NCBI GenBank assembly: GCA_024704765.1
Contig: JAKMXF010000011.1
Coordinates: 355,557 to 419,556, forward strand
Reading direction: 5' to 3'
DNA: 64,000 nucleotides
From: Oopsacas minuta
Taxonomy: Eukaryota; Animalia; Porifera
Shown here: in pieces, positions 25,501 through 37,869 of the stretch
How the letters are laid out: each line of letters opens with the position of its first letter
Position numbering within the stretch: the first letter of the stretch is position 1
Position numbers and translations under genes: made by a program
The notes under the pieces: generated by a model
Database searches by the model: none
What the model was told of the DNA's origin: nothing
What the model saw: only the letters and a program-made list of their open reading frames with translations

Positions 25501-25592
25501 AAGACCTATTACCGTTGCTCACTACGCTCGGAATTTGTAGAATTCTTTGTGAAAATGTCCCCCCCACTTTGTAACATGGATTTACGCCCTTG
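22543..25592 (+). mobile_element. Full-length hAT transposon (ZMYM1/ZNF862-like, TTF-type zinc finger) with one frameshift
   Basis: TIRs CAGGGGCATAAATCCA / TGGATTTACGCCCTTG and perfect 8-bp TSD TACAATAC. ORF 22767-25366 is broken only near 23979. Motifs: WLHYS..VLCFYC, GFDNWKKA, IIVDGTQD, QTYDGAANMSG, CASH, TRW, CERSFSALRRLKTWLRATM. Confidence 0.95.
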
Positions 25593-26192
25593 TACAATAC
25601 ACTACTTATGTTCATCACACCGTCAATCACTCTCAGAATTTTGTGGATCGTCACACAGGAGTGCATACTCAAGGGATAGAAAGTTCTTGGGGAAGCGTGA
25701 AGAGAGATTGAGAAAGGGGCAAACAACGAATCCTGATCTTTTGGAAACACACCTTATTGAATCATGTTGGAGGAGAAGGAACAAAGAGAACATATTATAC
25801 AACATTGTAAAATCAATAAGAAATGCTTATCCTGTTGACAGCAAATAGTGTTCAAATTATAGTTAAGTGATAACAATAAGTACTAGTAAGTTTAGATTAT
25901 ATGTGAGATTTTTCAAACTCAATGTTTCAATATTACAATTAGGGGTTAAAATCCCGGGATGCAGGGATTATTGTACACCGGGGATTATTTCTCAAATCAC
26001 AATCCTGGGATGCAATCTTAGGATCCCGAGATTTTCTTGTTATTTCTATAGCCTATGTTTGAACAATAGAACAATTTCCTGATAATTATCAATGATACAC
26101 TCACAATACTTGCAAACAATATCCTTTTTGCAATGGTAACTTAAATTAGTGAGTGTTAAATAACAACAAGAAGATAGGATGATTACAAGTAC

Positions 26193-26800
26193 GTATGCTC
26201 TCACCATAATTATTACGAGCAAATGCTTTATTTTCTAACGCAACATTGTGATAACTCTATTCTCACAATGTACGAACATAGTGACACCTGTCGAATTTGA
26301 CCCCGACTGCCCCACCCTCTCGTAGGCCTGTTAACAGGCTGCAAGTTGTTCCAGTGTTGCAAACAACATTATATAACGAAGTTATTAGAATTAAAATACT
26401 AATCATGAACTAGTCAGCTTCATTTTGCACTCGTACGTTTTGAAAATTGACAGCATTGTTCTGAAGTAATGGTAATAATTATGATTGCTTGTTATTTTGT
26501 AGTTTGCATTCCTGTTCAGGATTCTCAATAATGTAAGTCACTCTGCAATGGTGTTAGTAGGCACATTGCTATGGCTATAGATAGTAACTAGTATCAGTAT
26601 AAATTGATTTGATGACTAATACAATTTCGCCCATAGACTTTGGCTTAGTAGTGTAATTTAGCTCTAACTTTTTCAATTGTGCACCAATTTGAACGTTCTA
26701 AAGTGGAATCTTCATCATTCAGCGAGTACGATCAGGCTAGAATAAGTGCGTTTTACATTTCGGGTGAAAAGTTCGAGGGGTGCAATTCTATAGTTGTACC
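26193..26800 (-). repeat. Right arm of 608-bp inverted repeat
   Basis: Reverse complement of 20119-20726 with one mismatch. Confidence 0.97.
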
Positions 26801-26852
26801 ATGATATGTAGGTCGAGTCCTAGTACTACTAGTATTGCACCTCTGGAATATA

Positions 26853-28143
26853 CAGGGTGACCCATAAATACTGTTACCAAGATATTTATATACCATTGTC
26901 TCTTTTTATGAATGTTACTAGTACTCGTTTGATGTTGTCTTACTCCAATATGCCTATATATTCATTCTAAACGTAGTTTTCATTTCTACTTTAGATATTT
27001 TTGTATTTTGCCTACTTTTACCAATGGAGTCCAAAAATCAGCTGTTATCCAACTTTTTGAAGCAGGAAACACCAAGAACCAAATTGTTAGATTGCTCAAA
27101 ACGAACAAAATGTTCGTATCTCTCACTCTGTCCCATTACAATGATACAGGAAGCATTGTTGACTGACCTCGAACTGTAAGGACATTTCTGTGACCAAAAA
27201 TGTTTCGCAGAGAATCCGCCGAAATCCAGCCAGGGGCATCAGGAAGATGGCTAAGGAAATGAATACGGGCAGGGAATCGATACGTAGACTAGTTCGTAAT
27301 TATCTAGGGATGAAAGCATACAAGTTACGCAAACGCCAGTTCCTCACTCAGCTAAACAAGCAAAAAAGGCTGAAAAGATGCAAAGCCATGATATCCCGTT
27401 TCACAGATGGACGTCACAAACAAATTGTCTTCAGTGATGAGAAATTATTCACAGTAGAACAGGTTATAAACAAACAAAACAACAGAATTCTGGCTACTGA
27501 TAGAAATAGACTACCTCAGGCCCCTTTTCGACTTTCTAGGACCCAAAAGCCAGCTTCAGTGATGGTTTGGGCGGGGGTGACTTCAGATGGTCGAACACCG
27601 CTGATTTTTATCTCCCATAGAGTCAAAATTAATCAGAAAATTTATCGTTACACATTCTCGAAGCTGCAGTAAAGCTATGAGCAAAAATCACTTTGGTAAT
27701 AGAGAATGGACCTTCCAACAGGATTCTGCTCCTGCCCATACGGCTAAAGACACACAAGCTTGGCGCAGAGCCAATTTTCCGGGTTAATTTCATCCGAAGA
27801 ATGGCCCCCGTGTTCGCCAGATCTCAATCCTCTTGCCTTTTCAATCTGGTCGATATTGAAGGACAAGGTTAACTCGAAAAAATACCAGAGTATTGAAGAG
27901 TTAAAGAGAACCTTGACTCGAGAATGGAAAGAATTCCTGAGGATCACCTATGTGCTAGCATTGACTTGTTTATCAGACGTCTTAGGAGCTGTGTCAGTGC
28001 AAATGGTGATATATTTGAATGATGAATTATTTATGTTTAGAGTATTTATCAAACAGCGTATAGTGAAAATTTCAAAGCATTTACAACAATATTATGGTAT
28101 TTAGAGTAAAATCAATGAGTAACAGTATTTATGGGTCACCCTG
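26853..28143 (+). mobile_element. Tc1/mariner element, DD37D (maT-type), decayed
   Basis: TIRs CAGGGTGACCCATAAATACTGTTAC with TA flanks. Motifs IVFSDEKLF, QQDSAPAH, EWPPCSPDLNPL(A). 37-residue spacing; the third Asp reads GCC (Ala). Frameshifts present. Confidence 0.92.
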
Positions 28144-28427
28144 TATTAACCGTATAATATGTCATGGATGTATGGTTTGCTTAAACTTAAGTTTGATGCT
28201 TCAAAAATTCGAATAGTCTAGGCGTGTAAGTGAAATCGAGAACTCATTTAGGCTCTTAAATATGAAAGCTGGAAGACACCCTGCGTAGTACTTAATTCTT
28301 AGTGATTACCGACTTAACGATATCAAACATATGGTAATTTAATACTTCTATTTTGTGTATGTATTTCATATGATATATCACATAAATTTCCTGGTTGAAA
28401 GCGAGCCCACTGAAGTGGGGAGGCGCG

Positions 28428-29001
28428 CAGGGCCAGATTATCCAATGGGCTAACTGGGCTGCAGCCCAGGGGGCCCATGAATTCTTGTTAAGGTATTCGC
28501 AGTGCCCGATTAACCATGAGGCACAGGCCTCATGGCCCCAACCCCTAGGGGTGCCAACCTCTAGAGGGCCCAGCCTCTAGGGGCCCCCAAATTGAGCTGT
28601 GTCTCACGCATCATAATGTCGAAATTATGATGCGTATATATTTGTCACTGATGATAACTAATGCAACAGGAGAGCGCTCATTTTCAAAGCTGAAACTTAT
28701 TTTAAATGAAAGGAGAACTTGTATGAAACAGGAAAGACTTAATTACCTATCTCTCATGTCAACTGAATGCGAACTACTCAAAAAAGTTGAATTTGAGGAT
28801 ATACTAAGGACATTTGTTGAAATGACGTCTCGAAAAGTTAATTTTGATGTATGTCATGCAATTTATACTATAATGAATTCTATAAAACTTTAGTGAAATA
28901 CATTTAACAAATTTACTTCTGTAAAAATTTTTGGGACAAAAGGTTCGAGGGCCTCATTGAATATTTAGCCCCGAGCCTCGGAACTGCTTAATCCGCCTCT
29001 G
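28428..29001 (+). mobile_element. Internally deleted hAT element retaining the hATC coding remnant
   Basis: Termini CAGGGCCAGATTA / TAATCCGCCTCTG. Flanks GAGGCGCG / GAGGCGGA (6/8). ORF 28627-28893 contains NATGERSFSKLKLILNERRTCMKQERL. Confidence 0.7.
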
Positions 29002-31099
29002 GAGGCGGACCCTATTAAGAAATTTTGATAGGGCAACTAGCACTCTATAAGTACTATAAGTAATACAGAAACTCTCATGGTCTATGGCCACAATTTGTGT
29101 CAAATTGTTTATTATGATCACACCTAATTATACCTTTTGGCTAGGTTTGGTCATCTTGGACACGTTTGGTCATGGTTGGTCAAGTACCCATGTTAGGTCA
29201 ACTTTGCTTAAAATGGCCACAAAAGATCAACTTGGCCCGAAATTGATATAAAATCTCTCTGTGGTCAAATTGTGGTTAAGTTCGGCCATAGTACCTCAGG
29301 TTCAGAAACCCTGTTAAATATATAATATCGAGATGCATTGACTTGGCGAATCTATATGTTTTACAAAAGTCGGTGCAAAGATATCAAGTTTCACTGTAAA
29401 CTCGTTGATCTGACAGATTTTCACCCCTCTAGATCTAAAATTTCACTCCTTTTTGGAAGAAAGCTCACTCCTTGGTGAAATGTTGAGGCTCCAGGTTACA
29501 TCTATGTGCTAGACATGAAGTAGAACTACACTGTTATAAGGAAAATTTAAAAAGTTCTGGAAAATTTATGCCTGGTTCAGAGAACAAGCAAGGGTTATCC
29601 AGGAATTAGATATTTTTAGCATTGAATAATCGGCCTGTCATTGAACACAATGCATTCACTTCAATTTTCTTACTCTGATATCCCTAATACACATTGACCT
29701 ATTTCAATTATTCCTGGTTTCTAGATCAGATTGAAGCTACCCATTGGAATGGACTATTCCGTTCTTGCTATTTTTAGTACAGGTCCTATAAAGAGATGCC
29801 CTAATGGCATGAACGATGTGCGACGTCCGTACTTCAGTCTGTCTGCGTTGCGTGCGAAATTTAGCAGCCCAATTGACATGAAAATTGGAACACATATACA
29901 ATTTGGGTGAATATTTCACACCTTTCTATGTAATTACCAAAGCAAGCTAGAGATTAGGTTCAATACGTTTTCAGGGGGATTAGGTGCGTTAGTCCGATTT
30001 TGAGATTTCAGTGTCTGAAAGTTACAAGTTCACAGATTTATCATATTTTCGCACCTCTTTGCATTATATTCAAAATCAAACTAAATAATTCGTTTTAACT
30101 GCTATTCGAAAGTAGTTAAGTATGTAGCTACAAATTTCACACTTTCAAATATATATATCTACATCCGGCTTTCCCAACCTTTGTTGATCATAGCCCGTTT
30201 TGAGTGAGTCATGTGTTGCATGGCCTCACCCAAGATATATTATTGAAACACAACAATTTACTTCGTCAAGTTGAGTGATAATTATATAATTATATAACAT
30301 TTTATTATACTAACTACTACACATACAAGATTCAACAAGAATGAATTCAGAAACAATTGAAATATATGATCCTAATGCGAGCATACAAACTTCTCTATAT
30401 TTGGTTGAATAATGTGAACAACAATCTGAGGTCACCGCGATTTCCATTGTTGAGACTGCTACGAGGCCCCCATGTTCTACCAATAGCCCCCCTATAAATC
30501 CTTTTTTCAAATCAAACTGCTAGTCAGGAGTATCGAGTCCAATTTTGACATTTGAATTCTATACCTACATGATTTATCATATTTCACACCTTTTTGCACA
30601 TGTTTCTTATTGATCCTCAGAGGGTTCGTTTCAAAAGTTAGACAGGGGTGATTATAGGATAAATTATTTGGAATTTATTCATTTGAGTTGAGGATAGAAC
30701 ATCAAGCACATTAGGGGACGAATAATATTGAATATCCTCAGATATTATCAGATCTAGGAGCCCATTTTCAGTCCGGATCGGAGTCTGATGCATTGCATCT
30801 ACATGGGTAGGGTGAGGGGAACAAAAATACATAAGCTTTAGATGCACTACCAGTCTGTCGGCTCTACATTATTGTCCATTTTCTTTCCGATTTCTTATCG
30901 AACTTCAAATTATCAATCTTTTCAGAGTTTTGCTGATGTCTTGGTCATGTACTCTATAGATGTAGATATATTTCTATACATTAGTAAAATGTAAATAGAT
31001 TTAAGCATTTGTTTTCATAATTCATTTGACTTGCAAAACATGGTATTATTTTCGATCACATTATTAACTACTGCTCACCCATCATTATACATGATAGAT

Positions 31100-33483
31100 C
31101 AGGGGTGCCCAACATACGGCCCGCGGGCCAAATCTGGCCCGCGTAATAATTTTATCCGGCCCGCACAAAATTTGCACTTTGTAATATATACTATTTCTTC
31201 ATGAACAATTCCTAAGCCACATTTCGATAGCATTCATACTGGGTGTCGAATTTCAATGTATTTGACATTTTGAGGATTCTTATTCATTTTAATACACGAC
31301 AGGTGCATGTGTTTAGTAATAATAATCCTTAGCGGTGTATAAATATAAACTAGTATAATTCTAAGCTTATAATTGAAATTCAGATACTGCGTTTACTCAT
31401 CTCCTAAATTACCTGTAGAATATATATATCATTTATATTAATGGAGCCTTGTTCTAAGAAAAGGAAAGTTGATATCGAGAGTAGAACTTTCAACAACAGC
31501 TGGACCGAGAAATACTTTTTCACCAACTTGCTTAATATGCAAGCAGGTCATCGCAGTGATGAAAGAGTACAACATCCAAAGACACTATAGTGCTAAACAT
31601 CAAGATTACAAAGCATGCTCAGGGCAGATACGAAAGGATAGAGTACAATCATTAATAAGGGAACTTTCGGTACAGCAAAATATTTTTACAAATACTAATT
31701 CTGAGTCAGAAAAAGCTGTTCGTGCAAGCTTTGCCATTTCCAAACTTATTGCAAAGAAATATAAGCCATTTACTGATGGTGAATTTATCAAGGAGTGTGT
31801 TATTACTTTGGCGCAAATTATGTGCCCAGAGAAACAGAAGTTATTTGAAAACATTAGCCTTTCAAGAATGACAATTAGCCGTAGGATAGAGAACTTATCA
31901 ACAGACTTAAAACTTACTTTAGAAAAACGTGCGAGTGAGTTCCAGTACTATTCTCTGGCCCTTGATGAGAGCACAGATGCCACTGATACTGCCCAACTTG
32001 CTGTTTTTGTAAGAAGAATCGATTCAAAGTTTAATCTTACAGAAGAATTGGCGAACTTACACACCCTTCACGATAAAATAACTGGAGTTGATATTTATAA
32101 AGCGGTGATGAATGGAATTGATGCTATCGGATTTAAGTTGAATAATTTATGTGAGGTAACGACAGATGGCGCACCATCAATGAATGGGAAGGAAAGGGGC
32201 TTCGTTGCTCTTCTGGAGAAAGAAAGGATCAATTCAGGAAGTAGTACTATGAAATTAGTCAAAGTGCATTGTATAATTCACCAGGAAAATCTCTGTTCAA
32301 AATCATTAAGAATCCAGGGTGTAATGGAAATTGTAGTGAAAACTGTCAACTTCATTCGTGCTCGAGGACTCAATCATCGACAATTTCGAAAACTTTTAGA
32401 CGAAATGGATTCTCAATATGGAGACCTTCTTTACTATACGGAAGTACGATGGTTAAGTAGGGGTGCGATGCTTCGACGCTTTTATGAACTCAAAGAAGAA
32501 GTATTTCATTTTATGGAGGAGAAGGGGAAACCAGTTTTTCATCTCAATGATCCATTATGGTTGTGTGACTTGGCATTTTTGGTCGATATCACTCAATATT
32601 TGAATAACCTCAACTCAAAATTACAAGGAAAAATCTGCTTACTCACAATTTGTTTGACTTCATTTGCGCTTTTGAAAGAAAGCTCGAGATATGGGAAAAA
32701 CAATTAATAGAAGGAAATCTTTATCACTTTGAAACCTTATCAAAACATTCCCCTCCAGATACAGGTGTATACGCAATCGAAATCAATTCCCTGCGCAATG
32801 AATTCGAGAATAGATTTAAAGATCTTCGTAGCAATATTGTAAACTTCGCTATATTCTCAAATCCTTTCTCTTTAGAACCTATTGAACTCCCCGAGCATCT
32901 CCAGCTAGAATTGGTTGACATGCAATGTAACCAGGATTTGAAAGCAAAATTCAATGATGTCACACTGATGGACTTTTATCAAAAGTATTTATCATCATCA
33001 GATTACCCCAATCTTATCAAGCATTGTAAGATGATGGCTTGTTTATTTGGGAGCACATACATATGTGAACAACTGTTCTCCCAAATGAAGCTAGTAAAAA
33101 GCAAATGCAGAACTGTTTTAACTGATAGACATCTCGAAGATACATTAAGAATAGCTACTACGGATATGGAACAAAACATCGACCATATAGTCAGACCTAT
33201 GCGTCATCAATCGTCATCCATGTCAAAGTAGTAAATCATTGTCTGTACTCGTATTAGCGGTGGTAAAATGAGTATTCGGGTTTCTTATTAGTTAGTATTT
33301 TTGATCATTTTCTGTAGTCTGCCAATATTTCATTTGTGTGTTCCCTTTCTGTAGCATTTCCACTTGGATATTCCAACAAATTTTCTCTAAATAAATCTGA
33401 AAATTATAAATTGGTCCATGTGGCCCACCAAACTATTGAGGAAGCCAATGTGGCTCGCAACTAAATCGAGTTGGGCACCCCTG
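31100..33483 (+). mobile_element. Charlie/SPIN-like hAT (GTF2IRD2-like transposase), frameshifted
   Basis: Perfect 14-bp TIR CAGGGGTGCCCAAC and perfect TSD TGATAGAT. Coding 31441-33231 has CLIC..RHY..KH, YSLALDESTD, VTTDGAPSM, HCIIHQE, VRWLSRG, FGSTYICEQLFS. At least two frameshifts. Confidence 0.95.
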
Positions 33484-34132
33484 TGATAGATGGTTGAATT
33501 TTGAATCACAGCTAATTAACCCTCAATGTGCCAAATGTACTGACGTCATGATTTTGACCAAATGCAAACTCATCATGGAATTATTACGTCACCATGACTG
33601 TACACAAATCAAAATTATCCAAATTTATATTTTATGATAATTTGAAATTTTTCGAGGCACATACTATGTTGTTTAACATGCTACATTAGTACAGCATAAT
33701 ATTGTTAATGTTACATATCAAACCATTAACATACATATGTACCATGGATAATACTACTCCTAATTAAGTAGGTTTGAACATTGTTTCATTGCTCTCAAGT
33801 TGTTTAATAGATATCTTAAACTGAAATGCGACATACATTTCAAAATATAATTACAACTTGTGTTTATAATGTCTTTTTATGTTATAAGCACAGTGTTTAG
33901 CATTATTTCGTCATCAAAAATTAAGTCTGCGAATTTAGAATATGAATATTTATTGCAGCAGCTACTATTTATATTTTGTTTCGTTCTAATGTCTGTCCTT
34001 GATTTTCTCATTGTATAAAACATGCCACCAGTTTCTAAACGCGCCCGGAAACTGTAAGATATTTATATCTCTGACACTGAGCGGAAGCACAATGTCAGGC
34101 AGGATGAAACAAATGATGAGCGCACTCTCCGG

Positions 34133-34471
34133 CAGTGTTCCCTTAAGCGTTTTGACCGGCCGGCTGGGCCGCCCAAAACGCCAATTTGGCATTCCGACGG
34201 CCGGTCAATTCGGATCTGCAGCCGATCAAAATGAATATTTCAAAATTTCCTATAGCCAATCATAATCTAAAGTTTGCACGATTTTCCTTGTGGAGTACTG
34301 GTTTATTATATTCTTTCGAATTTTACATCGATGTTGGGTTTCATTTGTATATTCTGAAAAGTGTCGTAATATCCAGCAGGAACTTTGCTGCAATTAGATA
34401 GTTTTCGGCCGATAAAACAGGCCATAAGGCCGACCAAATGTGACCCATAACTTGGCTTAGGGGGAACACTG
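34133..34471. mobile_element. hAT-type MITE inside the Helitron
   Basis: CAGTGTTCCC..TAAG / CTTAG..GGGAACACTG with perfect 8-bp TSD CTCTCCGG. Confidence 0.85.
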
Positions 34472-35054
34472 CTCTCCGGCCGAAGCAATGCAAGATCGTA
34501 GATTGTTGCGGGTCCGATTTCAGATCCCCAAATAAATTGGGAGGCCTCTCCCAGAGCAGCGAGAGCGTTATAGACTCCGCTTGAACAAGGAGACCCCAAC
34601 CAAGAGGAAAGCTCGACTCAAACAGATGATTGGTCAGCAAGATTCTCGGTTGAAAGCTGAATCCTTTAGCTTCAATCCCTGACTTGTTGATGTCCTCGTG
34701 ACTGCTACTGACCCACGTGGAAGAGCTTTTCGAGAGAAAATCAGGACGTACAATTGTGCGCTGGCGTTTGCTTCTCTTGGAACTAATATAGACAAGGGTC
34801 TGAAAAATTTAAAGAAGAGAGTATACACATTACGCCTCCACTGTGTAGCATACCATAGCATTGGACAGTTGTTGCTGATAAAGATAATGAGGCACGCAAT
34901 ACCCGAAAATCTATATTCACGACGGTATGGCTGATGCTAAGGTGGGGTACAGTCTGCGGTACCTTGGAGATGCGTCTCTACCTCAGTTGAAATACTTTAA
35001 CGGATCTTCATGAAAATAATTATCCCTAACATTTCTTTCTTTAGACATGGTATA

Positions 35055-35239
35055 CAGTGGAGCCTTTCAAAACGGACACTCGGAAAATCGGACAACCCAT
35101 GCAACGGTCAAACTTCGTGGCAGTGATTGAATTTCCCAAGCATGTAATTAATACTTAAGCAGTCTCAAAGGAGCGGACAATTCTCAACAACGAACAGATG
35201 CCATGTTCCCAATATGTCCGTTATTCGGATAATCCACTG
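35055..35239. mobile_element. pogo/Tigger-type MITE inside the Helitron
   Basis: TA|CAGTGGAGCC...CGGACA ... TGTCCG...ATCCACTG. Confidence 0.6.
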
Positions 35240-36370
35240 AAGTGGATGAGCGAAGAAGGGCATAATGAACATTATTCCAGGTGTCGGCTATGGAGAGGAG
35301 ACGGCCAGCAGAGACAGTGTTGTACGCGCGTTCAGGCGGTCTAACCATACTTATGATGCATTACATTATCTTCTTCTATTTCCTTCTCGTGATGATGTTT
35401 GGCAGCAAAATATTCCTCATCAGAATGGGAAGAGAAATGTCACCACTATGGGGTACTATTCATACCGCCTGATGGTTAGGAGCAGTCAGAGTCCACTGCA
35501 CCTGAGTGGGATACCGTTCCATCAAGTACGCTGTAGATATGTGGGTCGAGATAGTACAGCAGCGACTGAATTACATCATTCACAAACAAATGAAGACCCG
35601 AGCTGATCTTTACAGTCGTTTGTCTAATGCAGTTGCTGCGGGTGACGCAGTCTTTCGATACTGTGGACGTAGAGTTATACTCCCTTCCTCCCACGCTGGT
35701 AGCCCTCGACAAATGTTTGAGTAATATTAGGATGCGATGAGTATAGTCAGGAAATATGGTGAACCTGACCTTTTCATTTCACTAACATGTAATCCGAAAT
35801 GGGAAGATATTACATCCGCACTCCAATTAATCAAATGCAGAGCGATCGTCCTCATTCAATTGTTCGAGTGTTTAAAATGAAGTTACAAAGCTTATTTGAG
35901 GATTTTATGACTGGTGACGTATTTGGCAAGACGAAGGCTATGTTTATACGATTGATTTCCAAAACGTAGCCTACCTCACGCCCATATTTTGGTTATGTTA
36001 TGTGATCGCGATAAACCTCGGGATCCAAGTGAATATGATCATATTGGTTGTGCCCAGATCACAGACCCGGTTAAGCAACCCGACTTGCACGATATTGTTA
36101 AACTTTGTATGATGTATGGCATATGTGGGGTTGCGAAAAAGAGCGCACCTTGCCAACTGACGGGAGGTGCTCTAAAAATTTCTGAAACCATTTTCACCAG
36201 TTACTACTACTGCTGAAGAAGGCTAACCTGTATATCGCCATCATGACAACGGCCGTGCTGTTAATAAGGGCGGTCGATTTGCATGGGGGCCATCCTATCA
36301 GAACATAAACGGCTGTTGTCTATTCAATACATCTTCAAGATCATCCAATTCAGAGAAATATACTAGATGG

Positions 36371-36552
36371 CTGGCTTTCATCCAGGCGTATACGAGGCGC
36401 CTACAGGCGCATGAATTTCAGCGAATATAGATCTAAGCGCGTAAAAATTCGAGCAAGACCCCCATACAGTAATACTATATGTATACTCTAGGCGCGCGAA
36501 AAATGAGGGGGAGACTATTAGGTGTGGTTCAGAAATGCTTGATAAAACCCTG
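36371..36552. mobile_element. Approximately 183-bp hAT MITE, copy 1
   Basis: Termini CTGGCTTTCATCC / GATAAAACCCTG, flanks CTAGATGG / CTGGATGG (7/8). Body homologous to 56001-56184. Confidence 0.75.
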
Positions 36553-37869
36553 CTGGATGGCGATCCTTGATATACAGAGCTAACCTTAACACGTGTGACA
36601 TATTAGTATGGAGCTCATACCCAAAGTTACGACAACTCGCCTCACAGCAGACACAGCCTACCCTCTAAATACTCGGAACTTCATTCACTGATTTAGATGG
36701 AGCAGCATCTACATACTCGCCGCCTGATCTGAATTCCACAATAGCTCTATCATAACTTTTACGCATATATTTATAAAGATACTTGTAGAGCAAATCTCGA
36801 ATTAATATGAGCATTATACTTAAGCAATATGACAGGATTGTATGGCACTACCCACCAATTGTCAAGCTTTACTCCGCAATATGTACTGAGTGTATGGATT
36901 GTACATTACGGGATCTCTGTTCTTGCGATTTACGATTCGGCGGCAAGTTTGTAGTGTTTGAATGTGACTTTCGTCAAATCCTACCAGTTATCAAACGGTC
37001 GAGCAGAGGTGAGGTTGTTTCAGCCTGTCTGAATCGATCCCTTCTCGGGTGTTATATGAAGGTTATGCTTCTTACCTTTAACATGCGTCTGCACAAATTG
37101 TTTTCTCAGGACTCTCTCGAGGTGAGTGAATTCTCTAACTTCTTACTGAGGGTAGGGGTACGGAGCCCGAGGATGAGGATCAAATGATTCAAATCGACTC
37201 TAAGTTCGTAGTTACTAGATCCTGGGAATGCTTTTATGGTGATATCGTGAATAACTACCAGAATCTTGAGTTCTTGTGTCAGCGCGTCATCATATCTCCC
37301 AAAATGAGACCTCCGATTCGGTAATGATTACGTGATGGGAATGATACCTGGTGATGCGGAAACTTTTCCAAGTGCTAATTCTATTTATGATAATCAGGCA
37401 TCCAACGTACCCAACAAAATTTTTGAATCCCCTGAGTCCTAATGGTATGCCCCCTCATCGACTAATCCTTAAACAGTACGCATCCATTATTCACTTGCGC
37501 AATCTTGATCCTACTCAGGGTTTGTGTAATGACACTCGCTTAATCATAAGATCTGCTACCAAACGTCTTATTGATACTGAAGTAGTCACAGGTAGTTATG
37601 CGGGGAATAGATTATTCATTCCTCGCATACCACTCCTCACCTCGGACGATTCAGGCTTTCCGTTTACTTTGAAGCGGAGACAGTTCCATATCTGGCCTGC
37701 TTTCTGCATCACTATAAACAAATGCCTAGATCAGAGTTTGAAAACTGTTGACATGTTCTTACCCTCTCCTGAAGTCATATTCAGTCATGGTCAAATGTAT
37801 GTAGGTCTGAGCAGAGTTCAGAATCCTACAGGTTTGAAGATCATGGTATGCGGAGGGAAAACTCAGACA

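Larger units (their letters stand above)
20119..26800 (+). mobile_element. Merlin element B with 608-bp TIRs; transposase decayed and split by a hAT insertion
   Basis: Termini GGTAC fit the Merlin GGNRM consensus. Transposase fragments at 21866-22542 and 25593-25848 (VEIDESKFG, TIHSDEWASY, VNHSQNFVD, HTQGIESSW). No matching TSD in the flanks (TTACTTAT vs ATGATATG). Confidence 0.85.
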
